From the NCBI GenBank assembly GCA_963718515.1, contig OY970354.1:46363-110362 (forward strand): 64,000 nucleotides of DNA. The letters run 5' to 3'. Each line of letters opens with the position of its first letter. Position 1 is the stretch's first letter. The position numbers and the translations under genes are program-made. Source of the DNA: an uncultured bacterium (GTDB taxonomy: Bacteria; Patescibacteriota; Minisyncoccia; UBA6257; 2-01-FULL-56-20). The notes beneath the pieces were generated by a model, which saw nothing but the letters and a program-made list of their open reading frames with translations, had not been told where the DNA came from and ran no database searches. Positions 55,860 through 64,000 of the stretch are shown piece by piece.

Positions 55860-56339
55860 TTAATCGACTTTGCATCCGGGGCCGCCGAAGCCGGCGATGC
55901 CGCTGATACCGATCACTTTAATGAACGTTGCGACGATAAGATAGGAGCATAAAACGATGATGAGTCCGATGACGGTGCCGAGAAGGATTTTCTTCCCCTG
56001 TCCGAGCATTTCAGGATTCGCACCGGAGATCATGATCATGATCGCCCCCACTATGAACGATACCGGCGTGATGATGAATATCGCGATCGAAAGGATGAAA
56101 TAGACAATATTAATGAACGTATTGATGAGATCGCAGAGGTTCGTGCAGGGATTCGTTCCGGCGGGAGCATTTGGAAGATAATTCCCGGTACAAGAAATAA
56201 GCCCCCCTTGTCCCCAATATCCCGTCGGCCAAAGACTCGGCGGATTATAGGTCTGCGCCGAGGCAACGAGAGGAAGTATTACGGATGAACCAACCACCAG
56301 GATGAATACTATCTTTGCGAGGGTGATCTTTGAGGGCAT
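55860..56339 (-). CDS. TrbC/VirB2-like small pilin-type membrane protein, paralog 5
   Basis: 159 aa. The loop is IMIMISGANPEMLGQGKKILLGTVIGL, with Cys before TM1 and near the C-terminus. Confidence 0.55.
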   Translation of the reverse strand: MPSKITLAKIVFILVVGSSVILPLVASAQTYNPPSLWPTGYWGQGGLISCTGNYLPNAPAGTNPCTNLCDLINTFINIVYFILSIAIFIITPVSFIVGAIMIMISGANPEMLGQGKKILLGTVIGLIIVLCSYLIVATFIKVIGISGIAGFGGPGCKVD

Positions 56340-56357
56340 GGTGGTATTGTTATCGCG

Positions 56358-57694
56358 TTAATTCCCAATAGCGTTCATCGCGGATTGCGCCTGGGTGAGG
56401 GCATCGGTGGAATCGGCGGAACCGTTCAAAACATCTTTGATGGCAGTGTCCATAATGGTATCGATCTCTTCGCTGTTTGATTCGGACCATGAGCGGGCGG
56501 TCAACGCCTGGGCGGCAAACACCGCGAGCGATGGATCGGTGAGGTCGGCCGCGATCGCAGAGCGCAATGCCGGCGGCGCGCCGGTGTCCTTTGTATACAG
56601 CGCATCATTCGTAGCCGACGTCGTCAAATTAATGATGAAATTCCATGCGCCCGCCACATTCGCGCTGTCTTTCGAGACCGCCAGGCCGTTGTAATTTGCG
56701 TAGTTAACCGCGACCGTCGCGTTCGCGGGTTGCGGCATCGCTGCAATGCCATAGTTAAGGAACGGCGACTTTGCAGTTATCCCGGCAATTGCCGAGGAAT
56801 AATCAAAGATGACCGCCGTCTTCCCTTGCGCAAAACTGTCGATCGAATCACCAAAGCCATCGCTCCACGTGTAATTCGGGTCCGTGGCATTTGAAAATTG
56901 TAAATAATAATTGAACGCGTTGAGACCAGAGTTGTCGGAGCTCGCGCCACTGCCCGTGCTACTACCACCACCACTTGCAAAGGCGACCGACGATCCGTCG
57001 GACGACGTCATCTGCGTGCCATTCTGCATCATTAAAAGGAAAATAATGTCGGGCGCATCCTCGATGCTCGCTTCCGATCCGCCGAGCGCGGCGCCAGCCT
57101 GCGTGATCTGGCCCTGCGCGTTCACGACGCGAAGCGATGGCAAGTCAGCCTGCAACCCCTCCCACGTGGTGGGCACCGTCGCGATGCCGGCCGTATCAAA
57201 AAGATCTTTGTTATAGATCATCGCAAGCGTATCGATCGAAAGCGGCAGGGCATAAATATTTCCACCGTCAACAAAGTCCTGCGCGACGACGTCCGGGAAA
57301 TCACTTTGCAGAGTCACCTGGTTGAATTGCGTCGCCATCGTGGCGGGGATGGGCGCGAGATCGTTCGTCCACTGCGGCAGGTCGCGATTGCCGATCTCAA
57401 AAATATCCGGGCCGGTACCGGCGGCAAGTGCCGAGAGCAATTTGCTTTGGTAATCACTCGGGTCGATCTGCGTGTACACTATACTTGATTGTGTTCCTGA
57501 ACCCGGGCCGGCGGATGCCTGGATAAGGTCGTCGAATGCCTTTTGGTCGTCGGTTCCCCAAATGGTCAGCTTGACCTGTTGTTGTGCGCCGCCATTGGAA
57601 CGAATGTTGAATAGAAATACCACAATGCCGAGAATGACGACAAGCGCCGCCCCGGCGATGATAATGATCTGTTTTTGGGTGAAATTTTTGGGCA

Positions 57695-57695
<1 letters not shown>
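56358..57695 (-). CDS. extracellular solute-binding protein (ABC family 1-like), membrane-anchored, no adjacent permease
   Basis: 445 aa with an N-terminal TM anchor followed by a typical SBP start VKLTIWGTDDQ. The start overlaps the gyrA stop (TAATG). Confidence 0.6.
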
Positions 57696-60133
<2,438 letters not shown>

Positions 60134-60137
60134 GGGA

Positions 60138-60494
60138 TTAATTACCTTGCGGTTGAATACTGTAATTCGACGGCCGTTTGAAAATATTCCCAATCCACGC
60201 GAAACCGCCCTCTATATTTTGCCACACGGTGGGGCCGCTCGGCGCGGGTGCTGTCGCTTGCGTCGTCGCCGGCACCGCGATCGGCGTCACTGTAGCCGCG
60301 GCCGAAGCCGTTTGATCCGCCGCCGTCAACTGCGCCCCACCCTGCGCGATGATGTTATTGAAATAAGAGAACCACACGCCGATCACGATCACCATGATGA
60401 TGATCGTGCCAACCACGAGCACGCGTTTTTTATTCGCCTCGCTCATCGACTGGATCTCTTCGAGAAAATTTTTTGATGGTGCGCCGTTTTCCAT
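60138..60494 (-). CDS. small single-pass membrane protein
   Basis: 118-aa ORF with TM VLVVGTIIIMVIVIGVWFSYF. It lies directly upstream of gyrA. Confidence 0.5.
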   Translation of the reverse strand: MENGAPSKNFLEEIQSMSEANKKRVLVVGTIIIMVIVIGVWFSYFNNIIAQGGAQLTAADQTASAAATVTPIAVPATTQATAPAPSGPTVWQNIEGGFAWIGNIFKRPSNYSIQPQGN

Positions 60495-60496
60495 AA

Positions 60497-61084
60497 TCAG
60501 TTTGCCTTAAGAATTATCGCGCGACCCTTATCGGTGATAATATCTTTTTGTTTGAAAACAAATTTATCCATGTCTTCGGCTTTTTTGCCGAACGCCTTCA
60601 AAAATTCCGCGGGATCTTTATAAAAACTCGGAATAACAATCCGCGCCTCGAGCTGTTTCGCGATCTTCGCCGCAACCTCCGGCTCCAAAAAGTGTCCACC
60701 GCCCACCGGCAAGAAGAGAACATCCGGCTCAGAGAATTCTTCCATCAGCGTCGCGTCCATCGGTTTTGAAAGATGACCGAGGAACACAAACTTCATCCCC
60801 TCCCACGAAACTGCGTACGCGGTCTTTAAAAACTTCTCGGTCGATTCTTCGACGACCGGAACTCCCAATATTTCGATCTCTTTTTCTTCGTACTCACCCG
60901 GGAATGAAATAACTACTTCATCGGGCGTCTCCGCACCCCCATTTCCCGCCTCATCCACTTCTGTCGCGGTAAGCGTCTTCAACGTCACGTCGGCTTTAAG
61001 GCGGTTATTATCAGGATTCACAAGCACTGACGTCTCTCCGCTTTGCAACCGAAAACACCCATTCCCGAAGTAATTGATGACCAT
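60497..61084 (-). CDS. MBL-fold (beta-lactamase superfamily) protein, degenerate metal motif
   Basis: Trimmed to the ATG at 61084 (MVINYFGNGCFRLQSGETSVLVNPD). No clear HxHxDH motif was seen. Confidence 0.5.
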   Translation of the reverse strand: MVINYFGNGCFRLQSGETSVLVNPDNNRLKADVTLKTLTATEVDEAGNGGAETPDEVVISFPGEYEEKEIEILGVPVVEESTEKFLKTAYAVSWEGMKFVFLGHLSKPMDATLMEEFSEPDVLFLPVGGGHFLEPEVAAKIAKQLEARIVIPSFYKDPAEFLKAFGKKAEDMDKFVFKQKDIITDKGRAIILKAN

Positions 61085-61222
61085 ATATGGATAGATTTTA
61101 GCAGAGTTGGGACAAAAAATCCATACCAAAATTTAAGTTTTTTAAATGAGCGCGCAGTTGCACAAATACCCGAAAAGTTGTATAAATAACCCAGAGAAAA
61201 TCCCGCTCCAAAGGAGTATTCC

Positions 61223-61483
61223 ATGTCGTATATCGCGCTAGTCAATGATTGCGGACACGCATTGGTCGAGGTCGAATCAGACCCAAAGAGCTCTGCCGAA
61301 CTCCTTGTCGGCGAAGAATCATTCGTTCCAGGTCTGTACCAACTCACACGGTCGGGCACGTTGGACGACGGAAGGACCATCTACCCCTTCTACTTTACAA
61401 AACGGATCCGCGACTGCGCCCCCGGTGAAGAACCGCTGAGATCCATACCATTCAACCTCAAGGGTGAGCCCGCATACGCATAG
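61223..61483 (+). CDS. hypothetical protein
   Basis: 86-aa ORF with a good AAGGAG RBS 6 nt upstream and its own terminator. Confidence 0.55.
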   Translation: MSYIALVNDCGHALVEVESDPKSSAELLVGEESFVPGLYQLTRSGTLDDGRTIYPFYFTKRIRDCAPGEEPLRSIPFNLKGEPAYA

Positions 61484-61514
61484 CGCCCTTGTTATGTGCG
61501 CATCAAACCAACAA

Positions 61515-61541
61515 GCCCCCGAAAGAACGGGGGCTTTCTTT
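61515..61541 (+). terminator. intrinsic terminator
   Basis: GCCCCCG-aaagaa-CGGGGGC followed by TTTCTTT. Confidence 0.7.
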
Positions 61542-61586
61542 AAAGGTCGTTCTCCCTCTTTATCACCCAAAAAAGATGAGGTGCCC

Positions 61587-61614
61587 TTGCAAAAGCGGGA
61601 ATCTTCTCTATAAT
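61587..61614 (+). promoter_or_regulatory. promoter TTGCAA-N16-TATAAT ending 7 nt before the S1 start codon
   Basis: -35 at 61587-61592, -10 at 61609-61614, ATG at 61622. No Shine-Dalgarno lies between them. Confidence 0.6.
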
Positions 61615-61621
61615 TATCCCC

Positions 61622-62717
61622 ATGCCACAAATCGAAGACCCGAAAGCAACTGCCGTCGCGCAGGCGCTCAAAACGGAGATTTCCACCACCGACTGGCCCA
61701 AGGAAGGCAGCGTGGTAGAGGTCACCCTGCTTAAGAAACTCCACCGCAAAGCCTACTTTGATATGGGCCGCTTTGGCACCGGTATCGTGTTCGGCGCAGA
61801 GATCGCGAACGCGCGCGAAGCCATCCGCAATCTCAAGCCGGGCGACAAGCTCCAGGCAAAGATCGTCACGCTCGACGGCGAGGAAGGAGACATCGAGCTC
61901 TCGCTCTCCGAAGCCGGCAAGCAGAAGCTCTGGGCAGCATCGCAAAGGAACTCACCGAGTCGGGCGAGGTCATCAAGGCAAAGATCGTCGGCGCGAACGC
62001 GGGCGGACTCATGACCGTTGTCGCGGAAGAATTGAAGGCATTCCTTCCCGTCTCTCAGCTTTCCCTCGAGCACTATCCCAAAGTTCCGGACGGTGATCGC
62101 ATCAAGATCGCAGAGGAATTGAAAAAGTTTGTGGGCCAGGAATTGAACGTTAAGATCATCGACGTCAATCCGCGCACCAATAAAGTGATCGTCTCGGAGC
62201 GCGAAGTACTTTCCGCGAACGTGAAAGAATTGCTCAACGCGTACGCCGTCGGCCAGGTCGTCGACTGCATGGTGTCCGGCACCGCAGACTTCGGCGTCTT
62301 CGTCCGCTTTACCGACAACCCGCAGATCGAGGGCATGATCCACATCTCCGAGCTCGATTACAAATTGATCGACAATCCGAAAGAACTCGTAAAGGTGAAC
62401 GATCCGCTCAAGGCAAAAATTATTGATATAAAAGAGGGCCGCGTCTTCCTTTCGCTCAAAGCGCTCAAAGAGGATCCGTGGGTCAAAGCCGGCGACACAT
62501 TCAAGCCGGGCGAGACCGTGCAAGGCAAGGTCTACAAGTTCAATCCGTTCGGCGCAGTCGTTGCGCTCGACGGCGACCTCCAGGGCATGGTGCACATCTC
62601 CGAGTTCGGCGGCCAGGATGAAATGAAAACGCACTCACCGTTGGCCAGAGTTATCCGTTCGTAGTGGACACGGTCAAACAGGAGGAAAAGCGCATCACGC
62701 TGAAGACGAAGAAATAA
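61622..62717 (+). pseudogene. rpsA: ribosomal protein S1-like (multiple S1 domains), two frame changes
   Basis: The fragments are 61622..62014 and 62011..62664, plus a third frame ending VGQSYPFVVDTVKQEEKRITLKTKK with TAA at 62715-62717. Four S1-type OB motifs are present (for example GxVxxxxxFGAFVxL-like segments). Confidence 0.8.
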
Positions 62718-62718
62718 C

Positions 62719-62773
62719 AAAAAGCCCTCCTTCACCTCCAGACAGATGACCGTTCGGTGAAGGAGGGCTTTTT
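62719..62773 (+). terminator. long hairpin terminator, loop family A, after the S1 gene
   Basis: The 18-bp perfect stem is AAAAAGCCCTCCTTCACC / GGTGAAGGAGGGCTTTTT. The 19-nt loop is TCCAGACAGATGACCGTTC (62737-62755). Confidence 0.7.
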
Positions 62774-62825
62774 GTTTCTTTACTTCACATGGAAAATCCG
62801 ATATTCTAAAACCTGAATTAAGGAC

Positions 62826-62896
62826 GCCGCGATAGCTCAATGGTAGAGCACTCGCCTGAAGAGCGAGCTAAGTGAGTTCGATTCTCTCTCGCGGCA
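62826..62896 (+). tRNA. tRNA-Phe (anticodon GAA)
   Basis: Acceptor GCCGCGA/TCGCGGC, D-arm GCTC-AATGGTA-GAGC, anticodon loop CTGAAGA and T-loop TTCGATT. Confidence 0.85.
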
Positions 62897-62914
62897 CAAC
62901 ATCAGCGTCTTAAT

Positions 62915-62984
62915 AAAAAAGAGGGACAGATGTTTTCAGCAAATTATTCTTATCACGAGTTGAAAACATCTGCCCCTCTTTTTT
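62915..62984. terminator. long bidirectional hairpin, loop family B, between convergent tRNA-Phe and tRNA-Arg
   Basis: The ~26-bp stem AAAAAAGAGGGACAGATGTTTTCAGC / GTTGAAAACATCTGCCCCTCTTTTTT has one mismatch and one G-T pair. The 18-nt loop is AAATTATTCTTATCACGA (62941-62958). Confidence 0.7.
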
Positions 62985-62990
62985 GCCTTG

Positions 62991-63062
62991 TGCCCTCGGT
63001 AGGAATCGAACCTACATAACCAGCTTAGAAGTCTGGAGTTCTATCCATTGAACTACAAGGGC
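62991..63062 (-). tRNA. tRNA-Arg (anticodon TCT)
   Basis: Acceptor GCCCTTG/CGAGGGC, D-arm GTTC/GAAC, anticodon loop CTTCTAA (one A-G mismatch at the stem end) and T-arm GTAGG-TTCGATT-CCTAC. Confidence 0.8.
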
Positions 63063-63128
63063 AGTTGAACGTCGCCGTTCGTCGCATTGATTCTAAACTA
63101 AAAATAGGATAGTTTAAAGGGGCTTACG

Positions 63129-63199
63129 CGGGATGTCGTATACCGGTAGTACGCTTGCTTTGGGAGCAAGTAGACAGGGTTCAATTCCCTGCATCCCGA
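63129..63199 (+). tRNA. tRNA-Pro (anticodon TGG)
   Basis: Acceptor CGGGATG/CATCCCG, anticodon stem CTTGC/GCAAG, loop TTTGGGA and T-arm CAGGG-TTCAATT-CCCTG. Confidence 0.85.
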
Positions 63200-63284
63200 C
63201 AGAGATATATTTCAATATTATCCACAAGGAACATTTGCCCGATGTTCTATACTAAAGACAGGCACCACCCATCACCTATCCCTT

Positions 63285-63458
63285 AAGGAGGACTCGCCAT
63301 TTGAGAAATCTAGTTTTGGTAATTCGACCGCAGACGTTGTTTGCACCCACCATCGACAAAACTAGTCTTGCCTGAAGGAGGTGATCCACGTTCCGGGAAG
63401 GCAAAACCCCTTCCATGGCCCCGTGTGTTCAAAAGGACGCACGGGGTTTCGCTTTTTT
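63285..63458 (+). other. leader-like unit: SD, 24-codon sORF, 13-nt perfect anti-16S-3'-end sequence, hairpin, terminator
   Basis: AAGGAGG (63285-63291) is followed 9 nt later by TTG at 63301. The sORF MRNLVLVIRPQTLFAPTIDKTSLA ends with TGA at 63373-63375. AAGGAGGTGATCC lies at 63375-63387. The hairpin GGAAGG/CCTTCC follows, then the terminator CCCCGTG..CACGGGG plus a T-run (63419-63458). Confidence 0.35.
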
Positions 63459-63490
63459 AAAATTCCCTGTAGGATGTGAAAGAATAAATC

Positions 63491-63562
63491 GCGCGCTTAG
63501 CTCAGCGGTAGAGCAACTCGTTTACACCGAGTGGGCCGGGGGTTCAACTCCCTCAGCGCGCA
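63491..63562 (+). tRNA. tRNA-Val (anticodon TAC)
   Basis: Acceptor GCGCGCT/AGCGCGC, D-arm GCTC-AGCGGTA-GAGC, anticodon loop TTTACAC and T-loop TTCAACT. Confidence 0.85.
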
Positions 63563-63612
63563 CAAGCAAAAAAACACCGCTCCCATCGGAACGGTGCACA
63601 AGGTTTTAAAAA

Positions 63613-63897
63613 TCATCGGATGACCCCTCTATTTCTCAACGCGTCGAGGATCTGTCTGTTCAGAAGATCACGTCTCCATTTTTCTCCGGCCGAAAGTGTT
63701 TCCTCTTCTTTTTTGATCGAATCGATCAGGGCTCTGTCGTATTCGTTGAATGCTTTTAGGCAGGATCCATTGGAACAACGCATGACGTGGGCCAGGATCA
63801 CACCCTCGGCGTCGATATCCACCATCACGCGTTCAAACTGATCGGAGCCGAGTGCGCTCACGAAAGCGCACAGTTCTTCATCGGACGGCGCATTCAT
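63613..63897 (-). CDS. hypothetical protein
   Basis: 94-aa ORF with a GGAGGA RBS 7 nt upstream of the ATG and a good promoter further upstream. Confidence 0.6.
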   Translation of the reverse strand: MNAPSDEELCAFVSALGSDQFERVMVDIDAEGVILAHVMRCSNGSCLKAFNEYDRALIDSIKKEEETLSAGEKWRRDLLNRQILDALRNRGVIR

Positions 63898-63917
63898 CGC
63901 AATCTCCTCCTGCCAAA

Positions 63918-63945
63918 GTTATACGCTGGCTATATCTTTTGTCAA
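63918..63945 (-). promoter_or_regulatory. promoter TTGACA-N16-TATAAC
   Basis: -35 at 63945-63940 and -10 at 63923-63918, upstream of the 63613..63897 gene. Confidence 0.55.
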
Positions 63946-64000
63946 CTGTTCAGCGTGTAAAAATTCTCAAACAGTTTTGCGACGAGGATCGGGCCGGTGC

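Noticed and set aside
61753-62634. 293-aa minus-strand ORF (and 61319..61945)
   Set aside because: It is antisense to the S1-domain gene. The plus strand carries four recognisable S1 OB-fold motifs plus a promoter and a terminator.
63375-63387. Possible fragment or 3' end of a 16S rRNA gene on the minus strand
   Set aside because: Only the 13-nt terminal sequence matches. The flanking sequence does not resemble helix 45 or the rest of 16S. A plus-strand tRNA and a CDS occupy the space where the gene body would be. No rRNA gene is called.
63415-63609. 64-aa plus-strand ORF
   Set aside because: It starts inside a terminator stem and reads straight through tRNA-Val, so it is spurious.

Overview
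This 64-kb window is gene-dense and mostly transcribed on the minus strand. Gene content suggests a small-genome Patescibacteria/CPR-like bacterium. That placement is an inference and was not tested.

Main blocks:
- Two large secreted or lipoprotein repeat proteins (0.6-5.7 kb).
- A complete type IV pilus locus (5.8-16.5 kb): pilM, pilN-like, pilO-like, pilB, pilT, pilC, a major pilin, a prepilin peptidase and three minor pilins, with a divergent comF.
- An ECF sigma/anti-sigma pair, dcd, and two candidate structured RNAs.
- Two giant surface proteins that share a peptidoglycan-binding N-terminal module.
- hup, clpB, a cysteine desulfurase, ftsK, recA, pnp, rpsO, a Xer-type recombinase, gyrA and an S1-like gene.
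- Seven tRNAs.

Accessory content:
- A roughly 4.4-kb AT-richer (by eye) island abutting the 3' end of tRNA-Leu(TAG).
- A tandem family of five TrbC/VirB2-like small pilin-type membrane proteins.

Most unusual observations:
1. Five long bidirectional terminator hairpins have unrelated stems but share near-identical 18-19-nt loops, in two loop families.
2. At least 24 frame disruptions are clustered in a subset of conserved genes (pilT, pilB, sigma, clpB, pnp, NYN, xer, S1, and the 5' end of one surface protein). Neighbouring long genes are intact.
3. A TATAAT-N6-8-ATG geometry recurs, implying leaderless mRNAs (S1, recA, xer, NYN and others).
4. A DeoR-like gene is saturated with TGCCGG motifs, including a 22-nt perfect inverted repeat that overlaps its own promoter.
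5. A short branched-chain-rich sORF ends inside a 13-nt perfect complement of the 16S 3' end, just upstream of tRNA-Val.

No CRISPR array and no rRNA gene were seen.
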